A stretch of DNA of 64,000 nt from Oligoflexales bacterium (lineage in GTDB: Bacteria; Bdellovibrionota_B; Oligoflexia; Oligoflexales; JAPPIL01): positions 2,116,711 through 2,180,710 of the forward strand of contig OZ244057.1 of assembly GCA_965215515.1 (NCBI GenBank). The letters run 5' to 3'. How positions within the stretch are numbered: the stretch's first letter is position 1; each line of letters starts with the position of its first letter. The translations under genes and the position numbers were made by a program. The notes beneath the pieces were generated by a model. It saw nothing but the letters and a program-made list of their open reading frames with translations, was not told the origin of the DNA and did no database searches. This document shows, piece after piece, positions 1 to 9,930 of the stretch.

Positions 1-216
1 TGCTAACCCGCGAACGACCAGCCGCACGATTATCAAGTACAACCACCCTGCAAGATGCCTGCACCAGTGCCTTGCCAAGATGACGAAAGTCCGTGCACGG
101 CCGCGCATAACCGTTAACCAGCGTCAGTGTGCGCCGTATCACAGGATACGACCAACACTCATAGTAGATGCGCTCACCTTTGTTAACAAGGTACGGCATC
201 GACACACATCAGAAAA

Positions 217-3200
217 TTAAGAGCCGTTGTTGACAGTTTTTTCCTGCGACAACTTAACCCGCGTGAAAGGATCAAAACGACGTTTTGAATACCGTGCACG
301 ACGCTTAACACCAGCAGGAATATACATTAACGAACGCACACTACTGCCTAACTCAAATTCACTGCGGTAAGTTTCACCCGTACGAGCAATGTCCGTCGTA
401 TCATAACGCTCAATATCACCCTTGCGGGCCGAACGTAAAATCAAACCACGCGGCAAATCAACCTTCACCGCCACAAGCTTTCTGTTGCGTACATAAGGCC
501 ACTCCTTCTTGGCTAAAATATCGAGATCAAGTCGGTCGAGATAACCACGGTAGTTTTTCTTAGCAATGATGCCCTTAGCAAAATCCGTCCACAACGGCAA
601 CGCCCCCACCCCACCATACACCCTAATACGCCCCCGCCGCATCGTCTCATTGAGATCATAGCCAAGATAAGCCGAAATAACATAACTATTGGCTGGGTCG
701 AGCGGCTTGTGCTGTCGCGTAGGATAAGGAAAAAATCCCGCGAAATAACTGGTGGTGAAATCATTCGTCGTGCCCGTTTTGCCAAATGCTGGTACTCGCA
801 CGTAAAGTTTGCGCTTTTTAGAGCTCGCTTCAGCACCCCCCTCTTCCTCACGATCAAGAAGCAAATATAACTCACCACGCGCCCGCCGTCCCGTACCATG
901 CGTAACAACTTTGCTCAAAATTTCCCGCATTTGATCAGAGTTCGAACGCGAAGAAATCATCGTCACCGTCGGCTCTGCCTCATACAACACCGTCCCCGTA
1001 CGATCTTCAATACGCTGAATGAAATTCAACTGATTATCAGGGCCGTTTTCGTAAAAACGATATGTCCTGCCTTCAATAAAAGTTTGGTAAATCTTGGAGA
1101 CCTCCGCCGTTGTCACATCGTTAGTACCTAGCGGATACGACAACACTGGTTCAAGCGGCGAAACCACCCCCATACTCTTGCTCAATGCCAACAAATAGTT
1201 TAACCCCACAGCAATACGAAAATCACGGTGTTGGTAGTAGCGATACAAGTCGTAACGACTCTCCTGCGCCATCACCTTTTGGTAATTGTTTTCCACCGCG
1301 GCGTTGAGCTTTTCCAGCCAATGCCGCGCGAGATAACCATCGAGACGCACATCACGCAACGTAATGCCCGCGGGACTACGTGTCGGATCGCCACCCCCCC
1401 AAATTGCCAACACATCCTGCCGCTGCAAACGTCGCCCATCAACCCGCCGATAGTACTCCAACTCTTCCGCAGTAGTTTCATCATGAGCGTAGTTTTCAAT
1501 GTGCAATGGCAAGTAATAGCCTAGATTAGGCCTTGCTCCCCGTGAGGACAACACCCGAAAACGTGCCAAACGCTCTCGAAAAGCAGCTGCATCACGCACT
1601 GCACCGCCACCAGCAGCGGCAACAGCACTAGTTATCTCCTGCCAATCTTCTCGTAAAGCTTCAGCTGCTTCGTTGAAACGCGTCAAGTTATTGGCCAGCA
1701 AATCGATACGGCGCTTGCGTTCACGCACACTCATTGCTTCGTTCTCTTCCGAAAAAAGCTCTGCCCAACCGCGCTGATAGTCTTCCCCCCACCAGATCTT
1801 TTGCAAGCGTCGCCGCACTCCCTCCTGTTCCGCAAAAACAAGGTCAGGAGCGAGATCACGGATCGCGTTATCCAGCTGAAACATTTTGATACCGTTCGGT
1901 TCTAACCGCACGCCCAGAGCTTTCATCACCCGTCGATGGTACGTTTTCATCGGCTCGCCAGGCTCTGGCATGAGGTCCAGGAAAGTCATCAACTGCTTGA
2001 ACTGCTTGAAGTTTAGCTTCGACACGAGGTTATAGACAAGAGATACCGAAGCGAGATTCTCCGACATAATACCCGCCCACAACATCGATACATCTTGGTA
2101 GGGACTAGGATGATCAGGACGCGGAGCATAGAATCCACCCTGATAAGGAAATATCTGCCGTTCGTTGTCCAGCTGATCGAGCACCCGCCATCCCAGCTGC
2201 AAGGCGGCATAGTAGACCACCGCCTTGAACACCGAACCAGGCTGGCGCTTGGCCGCCAAGGCACGATTGAAACCGATGGTGTTGAAACCCGACACCACGG
2301 CACGTACATTACCCCTATCGATGGCAATCAAACCGCCGTTGATACGCGGATACTTGTGCAGCTCAACCACCGCCTCATGGGTGTCATCATCATAAGACTT
2401 CACCTCGACAAACAACACATCGCCTTGCTGCACCGTCCGCAACAACTGTCGCAGATAAAAATGGTAGCCTTCCTTATGCCCCTCTGGCAAATCAAGCAAC
2501 CGTGCATAACGCACCAGAGATGCACGTGGAATTGTGCCTTTCGCCAAACCAAAATCAAGCCGAACCTCTTCCTCGTCTTTTTTGTTAACAACCTCAACCA
2601 CCCTACCATAACAAAACTGCTCCACTTCCAGACGACGCAGCGGCTTGAAACGTGATTTATCCTCCGCCCGAAACCCCTGCAGAATTGTTTCCACACGCGA
2701 TAAATTGCGGCGCATCGCAAGCTGTGCCGTCTCCTGCAGAGTACTATCGATAGTCGTAACGATACGTAAACCCGCATGGCTCAACTGCGAGGCATTGTCA
2801 AGACCAAGCGCATCGAGCAACTCACGATGTCGAAACTGCTTGCGAATAGTCGATACCAACGACACCTCACCGCTGCGAAACTTACCGCGACGATAGGGTA
2901 TCGGCTTGCGCAACGCTTCCTCAAACTCCTGTTGTGCAATCCAGCCTTGCTCATACATACGCCGTAACACGTAGTTTTTGCGCTCAAAAGCATGCGTACG
3001 TGCCTGCTGCCGTGCCTCCTTCGTATACTTGATGAAAGGGTTATACTTGCTGGGGCCTTTGACTGAACCAGCAATGAATGCTGCCTCGATTAAATTCAGC
3101 TCTTGCACCTCCTTGTTGAAGTAGTAACGTGCTGCAATACCTATGCCATTACCATTAGCCGCGACGTGAAATTGGTTGAGATAAAACTCCATAATCTGTC

Positions 3201-3714
3201 GTTTGTCATACATACGTTCAAGCTGCAGGGCGGCGATAATCTCACGAAACTTGCGGGCAAAAGAACGCTCCCAACGACCGAGAATGTTTTTCACCGTCTG
3301 CTGAGTAATGGTCGAACCACCCCGCCGAAACCGCCCCTGCTCTACTCCTTCAACAAAAGCCTTAACAATAGCAATAGGATCAACACCGCGGTGATGGTAA
3401 AAATTTTTGTCCTCGGAGGCAATGATCGAGTTGATAACGTAAGCAGGCACATCACTGATCGACACATAACGACGATGCAGACCTGCAAAAAAACTACCGA
3501 TAGGACGCTTGCCATCAGCAAAGTAAATAGTGGTCTCTTCGTTCATGCGTGCCAGAATAGTGGACTTCTGCAACTCACCAGTATCGCCGACCCGCACCTG
3601 CACCCAGATGACCACACCCATACCAACGACGGCGAAAAAACCCGCTACCCCGAGAAGAAAAATCGCCACACAGAGTTTAGTTAAAACACGCCCCAGAGCA
3701 GCAACCACAACCAC
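217..3714 (-). CDS. Bifunctional class A penicillin-binding protein (transglycosylase/transpeptidase, PBP1A-like)
   Basis: N-terminal TM helix; GT51 motifs EDKNFYHHRGVD and GGSTITQQTVKN; transpeptidase motifs SVFK, SEN and KTG. Confidence 0.93.
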   Translation of the reverse strand: MVVVAALGRVLTKLCVAIFLLGVAGFFAVVGMGVVIWVQVRVGDTGELQKSTILARMNEETTIYFADGKRPIGSFFAGLHRRYVSISDVPAYVINSIIASEDKNFYHHRGVDPIAIVKAFVEGVEQGRFRRGGSTITQQTVKNILGRWERSFARKFREIIAALQLERMYDKRQIMEFYLNQFHVAANGNGIGIAARYYFNKEVQELNLIEAAFIAGSVKGPSKYNPFIKYTKEARQQARTHAFERKNYVLRRMYEQGWIAQQEFEEALRKPIPYRRGKFRSGEVSLVSTIRKQFRHRELLDALGLDNASQLSHAGLRIVTTIDSTLQETAQLAMRRNLSRVETILQGFRAEDKSRFKPLRRLEVEQFCYGRVVEVVNKKDEEEVRLDFGLAKGTIPRASLVRYARLLDLPEGHKEGYHFYLRQLLRTVQQGDVLFVEVKSYDDDTHEAVVELHKYPRINGGLIAIDRGNVRAVVSGFNTIGFNRALAAKRQPGSVFKAVVYYAALQLGWRVLDQLDNERQIFPYQGGFYAPRPDHPSPYQDVSMLWAGIMSENLASVSLVYNLVSKLNFKQFKQLMTFLDLMPEPGEPMKTYHRRVMKALGVRLEPNGIKMFQLDNAIRDLAPDLVFAEQEGVRRRLQKIWWGEDYQRGWAELFSEENEAMSVRERKRRIDLLANNLTRFNEAAEALREDWQEITSAVAAAGGGAVRDAAAFRERLARFRVLSSRGARPNLGYYLPLHIENYAHDETTAEELEYYRRVDGRRLQRQDVLAIWGGGDPTRSPAGITLRDVRLDGYLARHWLEKLNAAVENNYQKVMAQESRYDLYRYYQHRDFRIAVGLNYLLALSKSMGVVSPLEPVLSYPLGTNDVTTAEVSKIYQTFIEGRTYRFYENGPDNQLNFIQRIEDRTGTVLYEAEPTVTMISSRSNSDQMREILSKVVTHGTGRRARGELYLLLDREEEGGAEASSKKRKLYVRVPAFGKTGTTNDFTTSYFAGFFPYPTRQHKPLDPANSYVISAYLGYDLNETMRRGRIRVYGGVGALPLWTDFAKGIIAKKNYRGYLDRLDLDILAKKEWPYVRNRKLVAVKVDLPRGLILRSARKGDIERYDTTDIARTGETYRSEFELGSSVRSLMYIPAGVKRRARYSKRRFDPFTRVKLSQEKTVNNGS

Positions 3715-3720
3715 AAACCA

Positions 3721-4152
3721 CTAGGAAGAAGGTTGGCGGTGATCCCCCTCACGAGGTGGGGGATTATCCTGCTCGTGGTGGTCGCGAGACGGCGGCGGGG
3801 TGGCTCGTTTCTTGCGTAAACCCGCCCGCTTCAAATCATCAGGAAAACTGGATTGGAACGAGTACTCCCGCACCGTTTTGTCTTTGTTCCAAAAAAACTT
3901 AAGCTCTTTGACATAACTACGCCCTACGATACGGTAGTGGTAAAGACCATAACTCCAAGCCTGCACACCGCTGGAACTGCCTACCATAAAAGGCGTGCCT
4001 AGCACCATGAGTACATCCTGCTGGCTAGTCTCCCCCTTCTTAACCCAGCTGAGATCGGCAGGAAAGTTGCGTCCCTTGGTGACACAGGCCACAGCAACGA
4101 CCAGCAACGATATCAACAGTGAGACACTAGGCTTGCCCATCACTATCCCCAA
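3721..4152 (-). CDS. BamE/SmpA-like outer-membrane lipoprotein
   Basis: Lipobox VAVAC; 'KGETSQQDVLMVLGTP...WSY' pattern of the SmpA/OmlA fold. Confidence 0.7.
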   Translation of the reverse strand: MGIVMGKPSVSLLISLLVVAVACVTKGRNFPADLSWVKKGETSQQDVLMVLGTPFMVGSSSGVQAWSYGLYHYRIVGRSYVKELKFFWNKDKTVREYSFQSSFPDDLKRAGLRKKRATPPPSRDHHEQDNPPPREGDHRQPSS

Positions 4153-4189
4153 GCGTCAAGTACACCACACGAGACTAGCCACCTACCGA

Positions 4190-5080
4190 CTACAGGTGTA
4201 GCTGCCGAATAGTCGGTCCCGCCTCAGGTGCTGCTTCCTGCACCTCCCCCCGCGGCCGCGTGCGCAGAGTATCCTGCAATTGGAAACCGATCAAGGCCTT
4301 AGGTACCCAAAACAGTGCGGCCAGCTCGGTAATCATGTTGCGCCGCGCATCCAGCTCGCTCAACTCTCGCCGCAGCATGTGACGTGGGGCGAGCATTTCC
4401 AATGCAAACAAACACTGCTCAAACTTGGCCAAATCATCATCGATGCTGCCCAGCTCAGGAAAACGTCCCCGCTCACTCTGCAACAACACCCTCGCCAAAT
4501 CCGCCACCACACTCATGCGTGTCTGTGCTTTAAGATCTCCTTTCTTAAACTGGATGCAGTATTGGCCTGGCTTGGTACGCAAAATACGGCTCAAGCGATC
4601 GACGACACCCGCTGACTGTGCACTGACAAAAGAAAAAAAACGCAGTACCTCTGGCAAATATAGCGGCGGCACAACAAAGCCACACTGCTTATGCAAAGCC
4701 GCCACGAAAGCACTGCAACGCTGGCGCACCTCCTGAACACGCGGCTCAGCGATAGCCGCCACCTCTTGGAAACAATCACGATAGCTACGCGCCTGATTGT
4801 ATTCATAAATCGCCTCATCAAGGCCGACACTGCCACTCACAATGTCATATACCAAGGCAACCTCAATCTTCAGCGTCGCGGCCAACTTCTCCAATGCGAA
4901 CACCGAACGCACGTTTTTCTTGCCACGCTTCCAGTGACTACAATCAGAAGGATTAAAGCCAAGAATCGCTCCTACCTCTTGATCATGCACCTTGTACTGC
5001 TTTCTTTGTCCGAGCACCTTCTGACAGAACTTGAACAGCTGTGCAGAGTGTGTAAACTTGGCAACTTTGGCAATCTTCAT
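4190..5080 (-). CDS. XRE-type HTH regulator with ImmA/IrrE-like C-terminal domain lacking HExxH
   Basis: HTH 'DQEVGAILGFNPSDCSHWKRG'; 'RMSVVADLARVLL...E...FALEMLAP' resembles ImmA 'RFTxAHELGH...ExEAxxFAxxLLMP'; ATG at 5080 after GGGAGGG. Confidence 0.6.
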   Translation of the reverse strand: MKIAKVAKFTHSAQLFKFCQKVLGQRKQYKVHDQEVGAILGFNPSDCSHWKRGKKNVRSVFALEKLAATLKIEVALVYDIVSGSVGLDEAIYEYNQARSYRDCFQEVAAIAEPRVQEVRQRCSAFVAALHKQCGFVVPPLYLPEVLRFFSFVSAQSAGVVDRLSRILRTKPGQYCIQFKKGDLKAQTRMSVVADLARVLLQSERGRFPELGSIDDDLAKFEQCLFALEMLAPRHMLRRELSELDARRNMITELAALFWVPKALIGFQLQDTLRTRPRGEVQEAAPEAGPTIRQLHL

Positions 5081-5165
5081 CTCCCTCCCCCATACCAAGG
5101 CGGATCAGGCACAGAAAAACAAAAAGCCCCCGCCCTCACCAGATAAACACATGCCATTTACTTCA

Positions 5166-5212
5166 ATTTTAACTTCACCAAAAACTAGCGTCAAGTTATC
5201 ACGCTAGTTTTT
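5166..5212 (-). promoter_or_regulatory. Sigma70-type promoter overlapped by a 12-bp inverted repeat (operator and/or terminator)
   Basis: Minus strand TTGACG-N17-TAAAAT; inverted repeat AAAAACTAGCGT-N9-ACGCTAGTTTTT at 5180-5212. Confidence 0.6.
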
Positions 5213-5296
5213 TTAAACATAACTACCGTTTTAGAAATTTTTGAAAAAATGATATTAGTTTCGGAAGGCTACGCTGCTTTTTTAAAAAAATAAAAA

Positions 5297-5773
5297 TTAT
5301 CTTCGCTTTGCTCCCAGCATCGCTTCACCGAGTGTGAAGCCAGTGAGTAGTTTGAAGAGAATAAAGTAAGCACTCATCAGTACGGCACTGACGAGGGCGA
5401 CCTCATGGGCTGCGAAGCGTTCGCTGAGGGCAAACAAGACATCAGCAGGCACTGGCAGAGTGCTGGTTGTTGCATAGTGTGCGGCAGTAGTGGCCATCAG
5501 CAGTGAGGCGATGATAATCAGCAGGTCGCAGCACCATGCGAGTACGCTGCGCACGAAGCCAAAACGCACCTTGGGCACAGTGGGTTTGGGCATTGTCTTG
5601 GTGGTGAGGGTGGGTTGTGGCGCAGGGGAAGGACGAGAAGTGCGCCCTTGTTTTTTGTTGTTAACAAGGCGACCGAGACCGATACCCGCGGACAGAGCTT
5701 CGATGGCACTTGCATCAAGCCTGTGGCTTTGTACTTCAGCTTGGGTGATGTTGTTATTTGTTTCTGTCTCCAC
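5297..5773 (-). CDS. RDD-family membrane protein (short)
   Basis: 'VRSVLAWCCDLLII...YFILF...GFTLGEAMLG' RDD pattern; two TM helices. Confidence 0.6.
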   Translation of the reverse strand: METETNNNITQAEVQSHRLDASAIEALSAGIGLGRLVNNKKQGRTSRPSPAPQPTLTTKTMPKPTVPKVRFGFVRSVLAWCCDLLIIIASLLMATTAAHYATTSTLPVPADVLFALSERFAAHEVALVSAVLMSAYFILFKLLTGFTLGEAMLGAKRR

Positions 5774-5837
5774 GTTTGCTATTATAGTGGCATGCGACCA
5801 ATGGAAGCAAGTATGCTTTTCTTGTTAAAAAGCAAAT

Positions 5838-6779
5838 TCAGATTTTGTTCTGCCAGGTATGTTTGAGTTTTAGCAGCGCTTTGTTACGCAGGTCATGCGG
5901 TTTGATACGGGTTATTTCCTGTCGCAATGTGGCGGGGAAGTTGCCGAGAAATTCCATTTCATACTGCAACCAGACTGCAAATTTTTGGTACACCGCCTCC
6001 CGCATTTTGAGGCTGAGTGCGATTATATCTGTGCTCGTCCCGCCGACATTGAAGATAAAGTTAGCGTGCTGCGGACTGATAAACACGTGCTTTTGGTTTA
6101 GTTGTTGTACTTTTGCTGCATCGAGCAACAATCCGCTGGGCACACCTGCTTCGTAGTTATTTTTAAACACACAGCCACACGAGGGGTGTAGGAATTGCCC
6201 CTTGCGCATGCGGTCACTTTCTATTGCAATCATTTGTGCCGCGATTTTGTCTCTATCGCCTTTGTGTAGCTGCAATGTCACTGTGGCCACAACTTCTTTG
6301 TTGTACATAAAAAGTGTGTCTTTGTAGCCGCGAAAAATTTCTTGTGGTTTTGTATAGATGTGCATTCTTCCAGTGTGTGTAACGGTGGTCACACTGTGTA
6401 CCAGTTGGCTGATTTCACCTCCGTAGCAGCGGGCGTTCATGCGCACTGTCGCACCGATTTGGCCAGGCAGGGCGGTCATCCACTCTGCTCCTGTCAGGCT
6501 ATGTGCATGGCAGTAGGCAACAAAGACACGGTTTTCGACTCCCGCATGGCAGGTGACCAGTGTATTTTGGTGTTTTATGTTATTCATGGCATGCATGGCA
6601 AGCACCGTTCCTGGCCAGTGTTCGTCGCTGAGCAGTGAGTTTGTGCCGCTTCCCAAGACGAAGTAGGGTGCGTGTTTTACTGCGCACAGTGCGTCTTGCA
6701 GTGCGGGAAGCGAGGCGGGTGTAAGCAGGGCATCGCAGGTGCCGCCTGTTTTGAAGTAGGTGAGCGTGTTGAGTTGCAA
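5838..6779 (-). CDS. murB: UDP-N-acetylenolpyruvoylglucosamine reductase
   Basis: LGSGTNSL, PGQIGATVRMNARCYG, PSCGCVFKN and HANFIFN motifs. Confidence 0.95.
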   Translation of the reverse strand: MQLNTLTYFKTGGTCDALLTPASLPALQDALCAVKHAPYFVLGSGTNSLLSDEHWPGTVLAMHAMNNIKHQNTLVTCHAGVENRVFVAYCHAHSLTGAEWMTALPGQIGATVRMNARCYGGEISQLVHSVTTVTHTGRMHIYTKPQEIFRGYKDTLFMYNKEVVATVTLQLHKGDRDKIAAQMIAIESDRMRKGQFLHPSCGCVFKNNYEAGVPSGLLLDAAKVQQLNQKHVFISPQHANFIFNVGGTSTDIIALSLKMREAVYQKFAVWLQYEMEFLGNFPATLRQEITRIKPHDLRNKALLKLKHTWQNKI

Positions 6780-6813
6780 GGTCGTGTGACTCTCCCTCTG
6801 CCCTCTCTCCCCT

Positions 6814-7698
6814 CTAGTCCCTTACTGTCGTAGCAATTGTTGCTCCGATAGCGGCGGGCGAAGCTGCAACTTTCACCCCCGCGGCTTGCAGTGCGTCTAT
6901 TTTTTCCGCAGCACTGCCTTTACCTCCCGCGACGATCGCTCCCGCGTGCCCCATCACCTTACCTCTAGGGGCGGTACGTCCTGCGATGAAGGCTGCAACG
7001 GGCTTGGTGATGTTTTCCTTGATGAAGTCTGCCGCGGCGATTTCAGCATCGCCGCCGATCTCGCCGATCAAGACGATGCCGTCAGTATCGGTATCTCGTT
7101 CGAACATCGTTAACAAATCGATAAATCCCGTGCCGATAATCGGGTCACCCCCGATGCCGATGCAGGTCGATTGGCCGAGACCACAGTTACTCGTTTGCCA
7201 CACCGCTTCGTAAGTAAGCGTGCCTGATTTGGAAATAATACCGATCTTGCCTTCCTTGTGTACATGGCCAGGCATGATGCCCACCTTACACTTGCCTGGG
7301 GTAATGACTCCAGGGCAGTTGGGGCCGATCAGACGCGAGTTGCTCGCTTTAAGTGCGGCACTGACCTTGAGCATATCGTGCACGGGGATGCCTTCCGTGA
7401 TGCAGACAATCAGGCTGATTTCACTCGCGATCGCTTCCAAAATAGCGTCGGCAGCCAATGGCGGAGGGACGAAGACCAGCGAAACGTCAGCCGCGGTCGC
7501 CTCCTTCGCAGCGGCTACCGTGCCGAAAACAGGCAGTTCAGTGTCACCCACCTGCACTTTCTCACCGTGTTTAAAAGGGTTAACTCCCCCCACAAAACGC
7601 GGCGCATACTCGTGTGACAGGCGGGTGTGGAACAAACCCGATTTCCCCGTGATCCCCTGGGTAATAACCCTGCTGTGCTCATCGATCAGTATTGCCAT
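6814..7698 (-). CDS. sucD: Succinyl-CoA synthetase alpha subunit
   Basis: QGITG, IGPNCPG, SGTLTYE and MGHAGA (phospho-His) motifs. Confidence 0.98.
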   Translation of the reverse strand: MAILIDEHSRVITQGITGKSGLFHTRLSHEYAPRFVGGVNPFKHGEKVQVGDTELPVFGTVAAAKEATAADVSLVFVPPPLAADAILEAIASEISLIVCITEGIPVHDMLKVSAALKASNSRLIGPNCPGVITPGKCKVGIMPGHVHKEGKIGIISKSGTLTYEAVWQTSNCGLGQSTCIGIGGDPIIGTGFIDLLTMFERDTDTDGIVLIGEIGGDAEIAAADFIKENITKPVAAFIAGRTAPRGKVMGHAGAIVAGGKGSAAEKIDALQAAGVKVAASPAAIGATIATTVRD

Positions 7699-7785
7699 GC
7701 GTACTCCTTGCTTCTTGGTTGGGGGACACCGTCCGTCTCAGCTCCTGACTATAATCACACAAAAAGCCGCGTTTAGCCACATTTC

Positions 7786-8694
7786 TTACGCGTGCAGGCG
7801 CACCAAGTCTTGGCAGATAACTCTGGGAATGCCGAGACTCCACAGCGAATCCAGTGCGACATTGGCGATCGAAGCTCGCAGATCGAATTCCACGCGCCCA
7901 CCCTTATGCTTTTTGTAGACAGGCTGGTGCGCATCGATAAGGGCTGTCTTGCCCGCACCGATTTCTTTTTTCATAAAGTCAACGCTAGGTTGCACATTTT
8001 CAACATAGAAGAGGTAACGAGAACGCAGTGCTTCGCCTTCGTCGTCCTCGCGGCTACGTTGTTTCGCCCGTGACAACATCTCTTGTTTGCTGATGCTGAG
8101 ATGCAGGAGTTTGATGATGGGGATGTTAGCTTTGGCGAAGTAGGACAGGAGGTGACGGGCGGCAGCCACTGTACGCGGATAGCCGTCCAGGATAAAGGTG
8201 CTGCTACGTATTTTTTCTGAAATTTCCAAGCGCGCTTCGATAAAGCACTGTGTCCAACGATCTGGCACGAGCAAGCCGTTGAGGGTGCAGAACTCCAGCC
8301 AGTCGAGTTGTGAGATGCCGCGTGCTGCTCGTTTTTTGCCAAAATGCTCGATGAGGCCTGGCATGAAACGTTTCACCTTGTTGTTCAGAGAGCGGGAGGA
8401 ATCGACACAGGCGAAGATGTCGGAATCGCCAGAAATCTGGTGGCGTTCCGCCAGTAGCTGTTCGTAATCACGATCTTGACGAGCATGATGGAAGGAGTAG
8501 CGCAGAATTTCCCCCATCGACAGGTGGTGTGAGATGGACAGCGCTTTGCTGAGGAAATCAGACACCTCGCCTTTACCGCAGCTGGAGGGGCCTGTGAGGA
8601 TCAGTGCACCTCTGTCCCTAAGCTTTATCTGCTCGACAACCACCGAAGATTTTTCCAACAGGAAACCATCCATCGTAAGGTTAAGGTAATGCAA
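7786..8694 (-). CDS. Adenylate-kinase-like nucleoside monophosphate kinase with insertion
   Basis: P-loop GPSSCGKG, HLSMGEILR, GLLVPD, FILDGYPRT and R-x-DD; start uncertain. Confidence 0.8.
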   Translation of the reverse strand: MHYLNLTMDGFLLEKSSVVVEQIKLRDRGALILTGPSSCGKGEVSDFLSKALSISHHLSMGEILRYSFHHARQDRDYEQLLAERHQISGDSDIFACVDSSRSLNNKVKRFMPGLIEHFGKKRAARGISQLDWLEFCTLNGLLVPDRWTQCFIEARLEISEKIRSSTFILDGYPRTVAAARHLLSYFAKANIPIIKLLHLSISKQEMLSRAKQRSREDDEGEALRSRYLFYVENVQPSVDFMKKEIGAGKTALIDAHQPVYKKHKGGRVEFDLRASIANVALDSLWSLGIPRVICQDLVRLHA

Positions 8695-8730
8695 ATGTAG
8701 CGCTCATTCAACCTCAGACTCGTGCAAGGG

Positions 8731-9780
8731 TTAGTTGTCCGCGGTGATAGCGGGTAATCCTTTATTGTCTAGTGTCATTTTCGCCCATCGGCTGACGCGG
8801 TGATCTGCATCTAGCGATGCGGCGCGCAGGTAGAGATCGCTCGTCTCGTCATTCCCCGCGACCAGTGCCTCGATGATATGCAAACGTGCTCGTGGTGCTA
8901 CGGTATGCAGTGCGTAGCGCATGACAAAACGTTCTGAGGGTTTGCTCCTGACGGTGAAACGCTTGAAGTAGTTGGCTACCAGAGAAGGAGACGCATCGCC
9001 CAGTGCTCTTATCACCGCGTCAACATCGACCTTCGTACCGAACATGACCAGCCCTGTCACCGCTTTCATGCGTGTCCACAGACGAGGATTGTTCAGTGCT
9101 TCCCACAAAATCGCATCGCTACCTGCTAGCCGCATAGAGGTGATGTCTTGCACCGTCTTGTATTGTTGCCAAGCGAACTGATGGGTGATCCCGCTACGCC
9201 ATACTTCCTCCTCTTGCTGCGACCAAGCACGTCCGAACTGCACTTCGCTTTCTGGCCGAGGGTTGGGTAAATACAGATAGGGGTTATCCGAAGCGATACT
9301 CGGCAGTTTCACCTTTTGTTCCACCTCTCCTTCGGGGGGAAAATCGCTGATAGCTGGCATTTCCGATTCTGGTGAATCTGCTGCTACTGGGTCGGTGGCA
9401 GAAACAGGAGGAGGAACAGGGACAGGAGGAGCAGGCGCGGTCGCGACGGGTGGTGCAACGACAATCTCTTGTCCTCCCGCGGGGGGAGGAGGGGTGCTCT
9501 CATCTTCGCCCAAAGCGAGTGCTATTAGCTCTTGACCTTTGTCCTGCAGGAAGGCTAGTATCTGGGCGGGGCTTTTGTTGTTGACGAACATCTCGTAGGC
9601 GAAATAACCACCGCCAGTCAGGGCTACAATGACAACCAGCGGTACGATGGCTTTACGGGCGCTAGAGCCGCCAGCCTCGTGCTGCATGGTGTTATAGGAG
9701 GAATCTGGAATAGCCGTTCCTGATGTCCCTGTTCCTGATGTCCCGTTGTCGAGTGTTCGTTCTTGGCGCGTGGTCTCCAT
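8731..9780 (-). CDS. Hypothetical membrane-anchored protein with Pro-rich linker and HEAT-like helical C-terminus
   Basis: 349-aa ORF with one TM, a PPPP/APP linker and 'ALGDASPSLV'/'ASLDADHRVSRWA' HEAT-like motifs. Confidence 0.6.
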   Translation of the reverse strand: METTRQERTLDNGTSGTGTSGTAIPDSSYNTMQHEAGGSSARKAIVPLVVIVALTGGGYFAYEMFVNNKSPAQILAFLQDKGQELIALALGEDESTPPPPAGGQEIVVAPPVATAPAPPVPVPPPVSATDPVAADSPESEMPAISDFPPEGEVEQKVKLPSIASDNPYLYLPNPRPESEVQFGRAWSQQEEEVWRSGITHQFAWQQYKTVQDITSMRLAGSDAILWEALNNPRLWTRMKAVTGLVMFGTKVDVDAVIRALGDASPSLVANYFKRFTVRSKPSERFVMRYALHTVAPRARLHIIEALVAGNDETSDLYLRAASLDADHRVSRWAKMTLDNKGLPAITADN

Positions 9781-9930
9781 AATCGACTCCGAAGCTCCCC
9801 AAGTGTGTTTTCGTGTTTTTTTTAAAATTGTTTAGTGAAAACACCCCTAGTGGGTTCGTACTGGGCATTCGGGGGATACTAGAGGGTGTTAAAACGTCAG
9901 TTTCATCACTAGGTTAGGAAGGGTTAGACT

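Noticed and set aside
9716..9745. 15-bp tandem duplication (GTSGTGTSGT), and an 18-bp duplication in the thioesterase gene (~46455-46486)
   Set aside because: They are short in-frame slippage duplications in probable loops, with no evidence of function.
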